A stretch of DNA of 64,000 bases from Bdellovibrionales bacterium (GTDB lineage Bacteria; Bdellovibrionota; Bdellovibrionia; Bdellovibrionales; UBA1609), in contig CBDCMT010000001.1 of NCBI GenBank assembly GCA_965219095.1, positions 1,440,001-1,504,000 of the forward strand, read 5' to 3'. Shown here in pieces: positions 10,058 to 20,832 of the stretch (positions within the stretch are counted from its first letter, which is position 1; every line of letters begins with the position of its first letter). Position numbers and translations under genes: made by a program. The notes beneath the pieces are model-generated. The model searched no databases and was not told the origin of the DNA. It worked only from the letters and a program-made list of their open reading frames with translations.

Positions 10058-10575
10058 GAAAAAGAAATCAAAATTGTATGAGCCTCTACCCTTTCCCCTT
10101 CTGAAACGAAAATATCTTCTACTACACAATCTTGAAAAACTGTAAGTTCATTCTCCATCTTCATAGCCTCCATTACTAAAAGTGCCTGCCCCTCTTTCAT
10201 CCTATCTCCTTTTTTTACGAGAATCCGAATGATTTTTCCCGGCATTCCACAGGTTAGAGGAGCTTTGTCCCCTCCTATGGATTTTCTTTTTAAACTTTCA
10301 TGAAGCAAAATTTCATCATTATAAATATGGACATCTCTATAAGAGCCTCTCGTATAAATAGTATAATTCGTTCCCTTTCCAATAACGTCAATTAAATAAG
10401 ATTGGTCTTTAAACAAAAGACTTATGGTATTATCTAATTTTTTATATGTTGACTTACTGAGTTGATAAGTCATCCAATTTTTACCTTTCTCTCTAATCTC
10501 AATATGCCACAAATCTCTCACTTCTCTAACCACTACGTCATAGTCTTTACCTTTTGCTTTTGCTTGAAAGTACAT
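10054..10575 (-). CDS. Biotin carboxyl carrier protein of acyl-CoA carboxylase
   Basis: MPGKI..EAMKMENE biotinylation motif. Confidence 0.92.
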   Translation of the reverse strand: MYFQAKAKGKDYDVVVREVRDLWHIEIREKGKNWMTYQLSKSTYKKLDNTISLLFKDQSYLIDVIGKGTNYTIYTRGSYRDVHIYNDEILLHESLKRKSIGGDKAPLTCGMPGKIIRILVKKGDRMKEGQALLVMEAMKMENELTVFQDCVVEDIFVSEGERVEAHTILISFS

Positions 10576-10581
10576 AACTTC

Positions 10582-12072
10582 TCAATCTTTTTTATGGAAC
10601 TCTTTCCAAGAGCTTTTTACATGAATATTTTGAAAACTTTTTTCTTTTTTTTCTCCATAAACCGTTAAAGCTGCTGCAACAAGAAAAACATGATCGTCTA
10701 CAAATGTAAAAAAATCACTTCCTTTTTTTTGCTTAAACTCTTCATCTAAGTAGCGCGTTGTGTAAGAGCCTTCTAGGAATTTTTTAGAAGATAAAATTTT
10801 TCTATGTAAGTTAATATTGGTTTGAACTCCCGTGACCATAAATTCTCCTAAGGATCCTAAAGCTCTTGTAATGCAAGAATCTCTGTCCTCTCCCCATAAA
10901 ATAAGTTTCGCAAGAAGAGAATCATAGTCAACAGGAATGTTGTAGCCGGCATAACCGTAGCCGTCAATTCTCAGAAAAGCTCCTTGAGGGGTTCGGTAAC
11001 GCCTTATAAGACCTGGAGAGGGGGTGAAATCTACAGGGTTTTCAGCACAAATCCTTAATTCTATAGCAGTTCCATGTTTTTTAATATCACTTTGCTTAAA
11101 AGAAAGGGTTTCTCCCTTAGCTATAAGGATTTGCTCTTTAACAAGATCAACTCCTGTGATCATTTCAGTGACAGGATGTTCTACTTGAAGACGTGTATTC
11201 ATCTCCATGAAATAGAACTTATTTGTTTTGTGATCTAAGATGAACTCAACTGTTCCGGCTCCCTCATAGCCTATATGAGTGCAGAGTTTTAAAGCTGTTT
11301 GACACATCTTCTGTCTTAGATTTTCAGAAAGTGAAGGACTAGGAGCTTCTTCAATAATTTTTTGATGCTTTCTTTGAATAGAACACTCTCTATCAAATAG
11401 ATGTATTTTATTTTGTTTTTTATCCGCTAAGACTTGTATTTCAATATGTTTAGGGCTTTCGATATATTTTTCCATAAAAAGTCTTCCATCTTTAAAAAAG
11501 TTTTCTCCCTCTTTCTGACATGAAAAAAAAGCTTGTTTCATGGATTCTTTTTTCTTGACCACACGTATACCTTTTCCTCCTCCGCCTGCGGAAGCTTTTA
11601 AAATCACAGGAAATCCTATTCTGTTTGCTTCATCAAGAGCCCCTGATACGTTTTTTAAAGTTTTCTGAGAGCCTGGAATGATAGGAACTCCAGCTTTTTG
11701 AGCTATGTTTCGTGCTTGAATCTTATCCCCCATTTGTCTTATGTTTTCTTCTGAAGCTCCAATAAAAATAAACCCCTTGTCTTTAACAGTTTTGGCAAAA
11801 TCAGGACTTTCACTCAAAAATCCATAACCGGGGTGAATAGCCTGAACTCTAGCTTTTTTAGCGGCCTTAATCAAAGCTTCTATGTTTAAATAGGATTCTT
11901 GGCTGGGAGCTTTTCCAATGTAATAAGCTCTATCAGCTAACATGACATGAAGGCTCTCTCGATCTGCTTCACTATAAACCGCTATGGATTCAAGGCCCAT
12001 CATACGACAGCTTCTTATAATGCGAACAGCAATTTCCCCTCTATTAGCGATTAAAACTTTTTTAATTTTCAT
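10582..12072 (-). CDS. Biotin carboxylase subunit (PccA/AccC-type)
   Basis: [38 protein letters not shown]. Confidence 0.95.
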   Translation of the reverse strand: MKIKKVLIANRGEIAVRIIRSCRMMGLESIAVYSEADRESLHVMLADRAYYIGKAPSQESYLNIEALIKAAKKARVQAIHPGYGFLSESPDFAKTVKDKGFIFIGASEENIRQMGDKIQARNIAQKAGVPIIPGSQKTLKNVSGALDEANRIGFPVILKASAGGGGKGIRVVKKKESMKQAFFSCQKEGENFFKDGRLFMEKYIESPKHIEIQVLADKKQNKIHLFDRECSIQRKHQKIIEEAPSPSLSENLRQKMCQTALKLCTHIGYEGAGTVEFILDHKTNKFYFMEMNTRLQVEHPVTEMITGVDLVKEQILIAKGETLSFKQSDIKKHGTAIELRICAENPVDFTPSPGLIRRYRTPQGAFLRIDGYGYAGYNIPVDYDSLLAKLILWGEDRDSCITRALGSLGEFMVTGVQTNINLHRKILSSKKFLEGSYTTRYLDEEFKQKKGSDFFTFVDDHVFLVAAALTVYGEKKEKSFQNIHVKSSWKEFHKKD

Positions 12073-13619
12073 AAAGGTATGTTTCCATGTTTTTTCTTTG
12101 GATTTTTATCAACTTTATTTTGTAAATGTTCGAATCCTTGAATGATTCTTTTTCTTGTTATAGAGGGTTCTATGATTTCATCAATATAGCCTACTTCAGC
12201 AGCACGGTAAGGGTTATTAAATTGCTTCTCATAACTTTCCACAAGTTCTTCTCTTTTCTTTTCTTGATTTTCGGCCTCTGAAAGTTCTTTTCTAAAAATA
12301 ATGTTAACAGCTCCTTCTGCTCCCATAACAGCAATTTCAGAAGAAGGGTAGGCTAAATTCAAATCTCCTCTTAAATGTTTAGACGACATAACATCATAAG
12401 CTCCTCCGTAAGCTTTTCTTGTAATTAAAGTCACTTTAGGTACTGTGGCCTCAGCGTAAGCATAAATGAGCTTAGCTCCATGAGAAATGATACCCTGCCA
12501 CTCTTGATCCGTTCCTGGAAGAAAGCCAGGAACATCAACTAAGGTTAAAAGAGGAATGTTAAAAGCATCGCAAAAGCGTACAAAACGAGCAGCCTTTACA
12601 CTGGCTCCAATATTCAGACAGCCAGCTAAAACTTGGGGTTGGTTGGCCACAATACCTATACTTCGGCCTTTCATACGAGAAAAGCCAATGATGATATTAG
12701 GAGCATAATGGGGTTGTACTTCTAAGAAATAACCTTCATCTACAATTCTTTCTATGACATCCATCATATTATAAGGTTTTTTAGGGTTATCAGGAATTAA
12801 AGTATTTAAAGTTGTATCTTCTCTATCATAGAAATCCTGGACTTTTAAAACAGGGGTTTCTTCTAAATTGTTATTCGGTAAAAAGTTTAAAAACTCCCTT
12901 ATCAAAAGAAGACAGTGTTTATCGTTATCTGTTGTAAAATGACAAATTCCTGATTTTTCACTATGGGCTTTAGTTCCTCCAAGGGCTTCTTTTGTGACCT
13001 TTTCATGGGTGACAGCTTTGATCACATCAGGGCCTGTTACAAACATATAACTTGTTTGTTTGACCATAAAAATAAAGTCTGTAAGTGCTGGACTATAAAC
13101 TGCCCCTCCAGCACAAGGCCCCATAATAGCACTGATTTGAGGAATCACTCCTGAACCTAGGGTGTTTCTAAGAAAGATGTCAGCATAGCCGGCAAGAGAT
13201 TGAATTCCCTCATGAATGCGTGCTCCTCCTGAGTCGTTTAAGCCTATCAGAGGAGTCCCTAACTTTAAAGCCATATCTATAACTTTACATATTTTATGAC
13301 TTTGAGTGCGTGACATGGTTCCTCCTAAAACAGTAAAATCTTGACTGTACACATGGACAGGACGTCCGTTGATTTTCCCATACCCTGTGATCACTCCGTC
13401 ACCTAAATAAACTTTATCTTTAAGTCCAAAATTTTGACAATGATGTATAGACATACGATCCAATTCTACAAAACTTCCCGTATCCAGAAGCACATCAAGT
13501 CTTTCTCTAGCGGTAAGTCGCCCTCCTTGTTTGTGCTGTTCTATTCTGTCAACACCTCCTCCCTCAAAACTTTCTTTTTCCTTGTCTAAAAAAAATTTTA
13601 GTTTACTGTCTTGATTCAA
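12069..13619 (-). CDS. pccB: Acyl-CoA (propionyl-CoA type) carboxylase carboxyltransferase subunit
   Basis: [35 protein letters not shown]-terminal KHGNIPL. Confidence 0.92.
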   Translation of the reverse strand: MNQDSKLKFFLDKEKESFEGGGVDRIEQHKQGGRLTARERLDVLLDTGSFVELDRMSIHHCQNFGLKDKVYLGDGVITGYGKINGRPVHVYSQDFTVLGGTMSRTQSHKICKVIDMALKLGTPLIGLNDSGGARIHEGIQSLAGYADIFLRNTLGSGVIPQISAIMGPCAGGAVYSPALTDFIFMVKQTSYMFVTGPDVIKAVTHEKVTKEALGGTKAHSEKSGICHFTTDNDKHCLLLIREFLNFLPNNNLEETPVLKVQDFYDREDTTLNTLIPDNPKKPYNMMDVIERIVDEGYFLEVQPHYAPNIIIGFSRMKGRSIGIVANQPQVLAGCLNIGASVKAARFVRFCDAFNIPLLTLVDVPGFLPGTDQEWQGIISHGAKLIYAYAEATVPKVTLITRKAYGGAYDVMSSKHLRGDLNLAYPSSEIAVMGAEGAVNIIFRKELSEAENQEKKREELVESYEKQFNNPYRAAEVGYIDEIIEPSITRKRIIQGFEHLQNKVDKNPKKKHGNIPL

Positions 13620-13649
13620 AGCTATACTCCTTTCTTTTTCGTTTGTTTC

Positions 13650-14957
13650 TTACGGATAATGACGTCCGTATGTTCTGGGAAAAGGTATAGCTTCTCTAAT
13701 GTGAGAAAGTCCACAGATCCAAGCTAAAGTTCTTTCAATACCTAAACCAAATCCTGAATGCACAAAGCTTCCATACCTTCTTAAATCCATATACCATTGA
13801 AAGTGATCAAGATTTAAATGATGCTCTTTTATTTTTGATGCCAGCTTATCAAAATCCTCCTCTCTTTGTCCTCCTCCAATGATCTCTCCATAAGATTCTG
13901 TGGCTAAAAGATCGCAACTCATAGAATAGCCCGACTCTTTCTCATCTTCTTTCATGTAAAAAGCTTTTATCTTTTGAGGAAAGTGATGAACAAAAACAGG
14001 TTTGTCATAAAGCTCACTAATTAGAGTCTCTTCTTTAGCTCCAAAATCAGAGCCTTTTTCAAAGTGAGGATGGGATTCTTTGATTTTCTTCACAGCCTCC
14101 TTATAGTGAATTCTATAGAAAGGAGCTTTTATGTTTTCTAGACCTGAGGTATCACGTTCTAAAATTTTTAACTCCTCGCAAGAGTTCTCCAAAGTCTTTT
14201 GCACAATAAACTCTACAAACTCTTCGGCTAATTTCATATTGTCATAAAGATCAAAAAAAGCTACTTCAGGTTCCACCATCCAGAACTCAATTAAATGTCT
14301 TCTTGTTTTTGACTTTTCTGCACGAAACGTAGGACCTAGGCAATAAACCTTTCCAAAAGAAGCAGCAGCTGCTTCCATGTAAAGTTGTCCTGTTTGAGAA
14401 AGGTATGTTGTTTCATCAAAATACTGTGTTTCAAAAAGTGTTGTTGAACCCTCTGCTGGGTTGGGTGTAAAAATAGGAGCATCAACCAGAGTAAACTTGT
14501 GCTGATGAAAAAACTCTCTTATAGCCATCAAGAGCTGAGAGCGCACTCTTAAAATAGCATGTTGTTTTTTTGAACGAAGCCACAGATGACGATGATTCAT
14601 TAAAAAATCTATGCCATGTTCTTTAGGAGAAATAGGATATTCAGAAGAGGGATTTAAAATCTTTAAAACCCGGCCTTCTAATTCATAACCTCCAGGGGCT
14701 CTAGGTTCTTTTTTTACAAGACCTCTTACTTCCACACTAGTTTCTTGGCTTAAGCTTTCAAATGCTTCCAAAGTTTGAGTGTCGCAATGGTTTTTCACAA
14801 AAACACACTGACAAATCCCCGAACCATCTCGTAAAATAAGAAATTTTACTTTTCCCGAAGAACGAAAATTGTAGACCCAGCCTCTAAGCAACACCTCCTT
14901 AGAGACTTGAATTTCAAGATCGGAAATGAGTTTTTTCATATGATAAAAATCTATCAT
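13650..14957 (-). CDS. asnS: Asparagine--tRNA ligase
   Basis: YLSQTGQLY, FRAEKSKTRRHLIEFWMVEPE, GGGQRE, HSGFGLGIER. Confidence 0.95.
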   Translation of the reverse strand: MIDFYHMKKLISDLEIQVSKEVLLRGWVYNFRSSGKVKFLILRDGSGICQCVFVKNHCDTQTLEAFESLSQETSVEVRGLVKKEPRAPGGYELEGRVLKILNPSSEYPISPKEHGIDFLMNHRHLWLRSKKQHAILRVRSQLLMAIREFFHQHKFTLVDAPIFTPNPAEGSTTLFETQYFDETTYLSQTGQLYMEAAAASFGKVYCLGPTFRAEKSKTRRHLIEFWMVEPEVAFFDLYDNMKLAEEFVEFIVQKTLENSCEELKILERDTSGLENIKAPFYRIHYKEAVKKIKESHPHFEKGSDFGAKEETLISELYDKPVFVHHFPQKIKAFYMKEDEKESGYSMSCDLLATESYGEIIGGGQREEDFDKLASKIKEHHLNLDHFQWYMDLRRYGSFVHSGFGLGIERTLAWICGLSHIREAIPFPRTYGRHYP

Positions 14958-15081
14958 AAATTTAAAGAATCTAGCAAGGAAGCTATAACTCTTTTGAGAT
15001 TAAATAAGAGACTCAATGAGATAAAAGTGACATTGCGTTATGTTTTCCTTGTTTTAAAACTCTATTTCATTTTCCTTTTCT

Positions 15082-15894
15082 TCAAAGCAGAGTAAAAAAA
15101 TCTTCTAAAACTTTAGAAAACTGCTCTCTTACAAGGTGGGCTACTTTGTAGACCTCTTTATGGTGGAGAGTTTGTTTTGTAAGACCTGCTGCTTTGTTTG
15201 TAACACAGGAAAGTCCTGCGATTTCAAGTCCGCAGTGTTTAGAGGCAATTGCTTCACATACAGTACTCATACCGACAACAGATCCCCCTATGTGCCTTAA
15301 AAATTGCACTTCAGAGGGTGTTTCATAGCTAGGCCCTAAAACACCACAATAAACCCCTGTGTGAAACTTAGCTTTTTGTTTCCTGAGAGCTGTTTTTAAT
15401 TTTTCTTGATACTTTAAATTGTACACCTGAGTCATATCAGGAAATCTCAAGCCCCACTTTAAAGACTCTTGACCTATAAGAGGGTTTTGTCCTGTTAGGT
15501 TGATATGATCAGAGATCACCACAAAGGAGCCCTCTGACAGATGAGAATCAAGTCCTCCTACTGAATTGGTCAGAAGAACATTCTCAGCACCCCAGAGCCT
15601 TAAAACTCTTAAAGCATAAACCGATTCCTCCACAGAAAAGCCTTCATACATATGCACTCTTCCTTGGCATATGGCTAAAGAAAACCCCTTGAACTTTCCT
15701 AACACCAAATAACCCTTATGACCTTCTACAGTGGAGTGGGGGAAAAAAGGAATGTCTTTATAAGAAATTTCAATTTTTTTTTCCATTTGATCCACAAAAT
15801 TTCCCAAACCAGAACCTAAGACTACAATCCAAGAGGGAGCCTTAGAGAGGGATGTTTTTTCTTTTAACCATGAAACCGTTTCATGGGGCTTCAT
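15082..15894 (-). CDS. punA: Purine-nucleoside phosphorylase (trimeric PunA/XapA type)
   Basis: VLGSGLG, GRVHMYEG, GPSYET, VGMSTV, VTNKA. Confidence 0.9.
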   Translation of the reverse strand: MKPHETVSWLKEKTSLSKAPSWIVVLGSGLGNFVDQMEKKIEISYKDIPFFPHSTVEGHKGYLVLGKFKGFSLAICQGRVHMYEGFSVEESVYALRVLRLWGAENVLLTNSVGGLDSHLSEGSFVVISDHINLTGQNPLIGQESLKWGLRFPDMTQVYNLKYQEKLKTALRKQKAKFHTGVYCGVLGPSYETPSEVQFLRHIGGSVVGMSTVCEAIASKHCGLEIAGLSCVTNKAAGLTKQTLHHKEVYKVAHLVREQFSKVLEDFFTLL

Positions 15895-16552
15895 GTCTTA
15901 ACTCCTCTATAATTTGAACACTAGAACTTGAACCTATACGACAGGCCCCAGCTTCTAAAAGTTGTTGGGTTTGTTTCCAACTTCTAATCCCACCACTTGC
16001 TTTAATTTTGATGTCATTACCAATGGCTTCTTTCATGGTTTTTATATCCTCAACACAGGCTCCTGGCTTAAAAAAACCTGTAGAGGTTTTAACAAACTGA
16101 GCTCCTGCTTCCTGACAAATCAAACACGCTGTTTTCAATTCTTCCCTGTTAAGAAAGCTTGTACCTACAATCACCTTTAAAACTTTGTCCTCCGCTACTC
16201 TCACAACAGCTTCGATATCTTCTTTCACTTTTTTATAGTTTTTTTGTTTGAACTCACCTAAGTTCATAGGCATGTCTAACTCGTCAACATCTTGTCTAAG
16301 AGCTTGAGAAGCTTCATACACCTTTACTTTCGTTGTATGAATTCCCAAAGGAAATCCTATTACAGTACAGGTTTTAATTTTTGAATGAGTTAAGAGACTC
16401 TTAGCTAAAGAAAGGTAATAAGGGTTAACACAAACACAATAAAACTGTAATTCTTTAGCCTCTTGACATAGTTTATAAACTTCAGAAGCTGTAGTCTGAG
16501 GTGATAGAACAGTATGATCGATTTTTTGTGCTAAACTTTTTGAAGTTATCAT
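15881..16552 (-). CDS. deoC: Deoxyribose-phosphate aldolase
   Basis: IDHTVL, VIGFPLG, FVKTSTGF, IKASGGIR; start placed at ATG 16552. Confidence 0.95.
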   Translation of the reverse strand: MITSKSLAQKIDHTVLSPQTTASEVYKLCQEAKELQFYCVCVNPYYLSLAKSLLTHSKIKTCTVIGFPLGIHTTKVKVYEASQALRQDVDELDMPMNLGEFKQKNYKKVKEDIEAVVRVAEDKVLKVIVGTSFLNREELKTACLICQEAGAQFVKTSTGFFKPGACVEDIKTMKEAIGNDIKIKASGGIRSWKQTQQLLEAGACRIGSSSSVQIIEELRHEAP

Positions 16553-16882
16553 GCTATTGAAAATATATATAATTTTTTTAAAAAAGTCAAAGGTTTTCAT
16601 TTGTGATCATTTTTATACACCACATTCTTTGAGCCAATTTTTATCTATTCTCTAAAACTATTTTTTGTTGTTTACTCAAGATCGGGGGCTCCTAACAGTG
16701 TTGATGAAAGACCTTATGAATAACGAATTTTATGTACAACAAATTTTACGATAAAAGTGCATATGTCCTTTCGGTTTGGTGGAAACTAAAATTTTATTAG
16801 TGTTCAACAAAAACCCAGCATTATCTGTATTATGATAATACTCACCAAAAGCTTCCCAACTATCCCAAAGCGAATATGGTTC

Positions 16883-17526
16883 AAAGTAAGGACTCCAACA
16901 ATCATGCACAAGCACTCCTCCATATCTATCCAAGAGACCAATATCTTTTATGGCTTCCCTTCCACGTGAAAGGTGGAGAAACTGCAAGACTAATTCTCCT
17001 GAACTATAAGTATGAATCCAGTAGTTTTTACCCTTAACCCTCATAGAGGTCTCATCAACATGAATGACCTCTGATTCAAGTATCTTTTCTTTCATCTGCT
17101 CTTCCCAACTTTTAAGAAACTCTCCTAATTCAGCAATGTATCTCAACATAACTGCAGGAGAAATCATTCGACCTATAAGCCCCATGTAATGTTCCCCAAC
17201 ACGTTGAAAAGACAGCATCTGAACTATAATGAAATTGATGATGGAAGCTCTAATGCCTACACCATACTGAAGAGGACCACTCATACCTTTAGGGAATTGA
17301 CCTTTATTTCTAGCTCCACATGAGGGACAATCCTTAACCTCAGAAGTTACAGTATGGGTCTGAATTTCATAAAAAATATCAATCTTTTTACGCTTCTCAA
17401 GGCTTTTTACCTCTGCTGTCTTTAAACACATCCCACACTGAGAACACTCTGAGGGAAAGACAGTCTCCTCGCTGTTTTGTATCTTTACTGTTATCAAGTC
17501 TAGAGCCCTTTTTTTGACTCCCACTA
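16883..17526 (-). pseudogene. Internal fragment of the ISBst12-like IS66 transposase
   Basis: Near-identical to 1791-2153 and to 32208-32312; contains HVDETS and VHDCW; cut at CTAG by an IS630 end. Confidence 0.9.
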
Positions 17527-17990
17527 GTGTTCTGACCAGTAAATTTTTTCACAATTTTCAAGCCTTTAATCCAGGTCATTTTATTAAATTATTTTTATAT
17601 TAAAAAGAATAAAAGTGAAATGTTTAGAGTTATACCAATTCCAAAAGTTAATTCTACATTTTCATGTATAAGTTTGGATTTTTACTTCTAGAAATTTATA
17701 ACTTTTAAGTATGGGTAAAGAGTGTATCAAATTCATTGGAAAGATATGATTTTCTAATGTTTATATACAATTTAGTTTACAGGCTCTTACAGGCTCGTCT
17801 CATTTTTTATAATGGAACTTTTCTCTGGCTGATTTTCTTGAAAAATTCCATTTTATTGTCATCTTCCGTCTGTTCATAATATTCACCCAAGCCTTGGTTC
17901 TTTTTCTTAAAGTTTCTATGTCAGGTATTCTTGATTTTCCTAAACATTGACGAGAGTACATATTGATTGCAATTTCTGCTTGATTTAACC
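17525..17990 (-). mobile_element. IS630 right-end fragment (inverted copy of 28030-28495)
   Basis: 466-bp near-identical reverse complement, ending at TA within CTAG; truncated by the IS66 at 17991. Confidence 0.9.
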
Positions 17991-18197
17991 GTAAGTCGGT
18001 TTTTTAACAGCCCTTGACTTCTACTGAGGAGGATATTTCTTAGATTTTAAAGGAGAAGTTTTTATTGATCTTGTTGTAAAACGGCGTTGTAAGACGTTTT
18101 CCTAAGGCCTTCCCTGTTACAAAAGTATTAGAGAAGTTCTTAAAAGAATAATTCTTAGTTTTTTTTCGTAATTTTGATTTTTTTTGTGCTTTATTCT

Positions 18198-19783
18198 TTA
18201 AGAACGAAGCTCACTTGTATACTCAAAAGGCGTTTTAATAGGCATCTTATCGAGGGAGTTTCCCACAACCATTAAAATATAGTCCTTAGGATCTAATTCC
18301 ACCTTCTTACAACTTTCCACAATACTGTAAAGTACTGATGCTGTTTCAACTCCTCTCTGAGTCCTTGACCCATGAAAGTTCTTTCTTCCCATCACAGAAT
18401 GTCGAATCGTTCTTTCTGCTTCATTGTTTGTCATAGGAATTTTCTCATTTTCTAAGAATAAATTTAAGCCATCCCAGTGATTAAAGCTATAATCAATAGC
18501 CTTTTTTAACCCACTCTCAGGACGAGCTTCTCCATAAAGTTTATAATACAGATCTTGCAGAGAAAGAACTAAATCCTTTGATTCTGTTTGTCTTAAACTT
18601 TTGAGCTCTTCATAAGTTTTTGCCTTTGATTCAACTTTAAAAATCTTCCCCATAAGCTTTAATACTTTTCCACACTCCTCAGGGTAATTCTGTTCTATGT
18701 CAATAAACTTTCTTATCACTGAGACCAACAAAAAGCAAGATCAATTCCCTTTTCACCCTTAAAGTGTGTTTTATAACTAACGTATCCATCTGTTAAAATA
18801 GGCCCCTTATAAGAGCCTAAGAGTTTTTTAATAGAACAGGCTGAACGGCTCTCACTAAAGTAATAAAAACTTCCTCCCTGATGACTTATAACAAACATGT
18901 AGCCGTCCTTTTGATGTGAATTATTAATAGGCCATGGAGTTTCATCAATATGAATCGTTCTGTCTAGTTTAAGAAGTTCCTCTTTGATCTTTTCTCTCAC
19001 AGGCTCTAAATAACAACTCACAAAATAACAAAGATTATAAAGAGTTCTACAATTCACCTTCAAACCATCTGATTCCATCATTCTTCTTACTCTCTCTAAA
19101 GGAAGGTGATACAAGTACTTTTGACTCGCTACTTCTATTGCAAATTTTGGGGAGTACTTAGATCCTGGAACAATTTTCTTAGGAACAGGAGCTGATACTA
19201 TGATCTCTTTTTCTCCCACTTTGCTTGCCTTCAGACGGTACTTCTAAAGACGATGCGTCTTTCTAACATAGCTTCTTACATGAACATCAACCTCTTTTGA
19301 CACGTCTTGAATCTTTAATTCCTCCCACTCACTGTCCTTAGGATAACCATACTGCTGTGCTATATCAGAAAGTTCTTCGTCTGTGAGCTTATGATCTACT
19401 CTTATCTCTTTTAAGGCCTTCACCTCCCCTTCTTTAGGAGCAGGAACTAAACTCTCAGATTCAAGAAGAATTGTCTTTTTAAGCTTCTTTCTACTACGAG
19501 AAGATAGTTTTCTTTTTTCACTGGATTTTCCAAATACTATTTTCTTGAACTTACTAAGTAGCTCATCATTAAAAAGCTTTAATTGATCTTCTTTGGCCTT
19601 TTTCTTCTTAAGCTCATTTAACTCTCTTTTTAAAAGTTTAAATTCTTTTTTATAAAGGTGAATGAGTTCATTAGAAATCAACTTTATGTTTTCCAGATCT
19701 TTTTCCTCTCGAATAAACGAAGGAAGATATTTATATTTAGGGTTTTCGCTTTTTTTTAAATAAGGAAAAAGACTCATCTGCAT
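18198..19783 (-). pseudogene. tnpC: IS66 TnpC DDE transposase split into three by frameshifts
   Basis: FGKSSEK, HIDETP, TDGY, CWS, TNNEAERTIR..GRKNF spread over ORFs 19244-19783, 18716-19219 and 18198-18731. Confidence 0.9.
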
Positions 19784-19869
19784 ACATTAATGTCAACATG
19801 TCTGTTTTTGTTTTGAAAGCTTTTTTTTTAAAAAAAATAAAAAAAATTTAAAAAAATAATCTAAAAAAA

Positions 19870-20526
19870 TTATCTTTTCTTAAGCTCGTACTTTCTTAAA
19901 ATTGAACCATGAACTAAAAGATTCAATTCACTCCTTGTTAACTCGGGAGAACTTAAATCACTTAAACTCATAAACCTTTCTTTCTCCATCCTCTTTGTTA
20001 GTAAAACAAGACCACTCCCATCATAGAACAGCCCTTTTAATCTCTTTCTGTTAAAACCTAGAAAAAGATAAAGATCTCCCAAGTTGATCTCTCCTTCCAT
20101 CTCACTTCTCACCAGATAACTCAACCTCTCAAAACTCCATCGCATGTCTATCTTTTGAGAGCAGACAAAAATACGGTAGCCTTCAGATAAAAAGATCATA
20201 AACTCCTCACTAACTCTAAAACCTCTTCCCAACCTAGACCCTTTAAGACTAAGACCTTCTCTTTCATCACATGACTTTTCCTTTTTCAAAGAAACAGCCT
20301 TAAAAAGAGACTTCTTGTGAGAAACTGTTGAAACATAAGACTTCTTCCAGTTATTGATCGTGGAAGAGGTGACCTTTGTCTCTTTACAAAATTTAGAAAC
20401 CTTTTCCTCTTTCAAAAAATCTAGAATCTCTCTCTTAAGAGCTTCTGGGTAGCGGATAAGCTTCTTGTTGGAACTCTCCTCTCGACAAAGCTGTATCTTC
20501 TTTTTTAAATTAATCCCTTCTTCCAT
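19870..20526 (-). CDS. IS66 TnpA (HTH) read in frame into accessory TnpB (TnpB start 20199)
   Basis: RYPEALKR..TINNWK HTH followed by IDMRWSFERL..LYLF..RLKGLFYDGSG..KRME. Confidence 0.8.
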   Translation of the reverse strand: MEEGINLKKKIQLCREESSNKKLIRYPEALKREILDFLKEEKVSKFCKETKVTSSTINNWKKSYVSTVSHKKSLFKAVSLKKEKSCDEREGLSLKGSRLGRGFRVSEEFMIFLSEGYRIFVCSQKIDMRWSFERLSYLVRSEMEGEINLGDLYLFLGFNRKRLKGLFYDGSGLVLLTKRMEKERFMSLSDLSSPELTRSELNLLVHGSILRKYELKKR

Positions 20527-20589
20527 AAAATCCTCCCTCTTAAGAAAAATTTAATCTTGGATAGGGCGGTCAGATAACCGAGTTACTGC

Positions 20590-20690
20590 TGAACTTCCCC
20601 CCCCCCTGTTTCTACGGACAATTAATGGAGATAAAAGAAAAGATGTCTATGAAAGGAGGAACGTGGCTATATTGAAAGAGGTAGCAACTT
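20590..20690 (+). mobile_element. IS3-family terminal fragment
   Basis: TGAACTTCCCC...GTTTCTACGGACA end related to those at 32313 and 34660, followed by an AAGGAGG SD. Confidence 0.5.
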
Positions 20691-20691
20691 T

Positions 20692-20820
20692 TTTTCAAGG
20701 AATTGTAAAGGGTTTAAAAAACAAAGTAAAACTTATTATGAGAAAATTTTACAGCTTTAGAACCTCTAAAGCTGTAAAAAAGAGCCTTATATCAAAACAT
20801 TGGAAAACTGCCAGAACCTC
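20692..20820 (+). pseudogene. Degenerate ISL3 transposase C-terminal remnant
   Basis: Diverged reverse-complement copy of about 24335-24465 (GIVKGLKNKVKLIMRKFYSFRTSKA). Confidence 0.8.
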
Positions 20821-20832
20821 TTTGCAGAGAAA

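Larger units (their letters stand above)
17991..20586 (-). mobile_element. Canonical three-gene IS66 element (tnpA-tnpB-tnpC), degenerate
   Basis: IRs GTAAGTCGGTT and GTAACTCGGTT; no matching TSD. Confidence 0.9.

Noticed and set aside
16730..16882. Novel C-terminal domain on the IS66 transposase
   Set aside because: Chance read-through from a truncated IS into unrelated remnant sequence
19870..20199. TnpB as an RNA-guided nuclease
   Set aside because: This is the short IS66 accessory TnpB, with no RuvC or zinc finger; it is unrelated to IS200/IS605 TnpB
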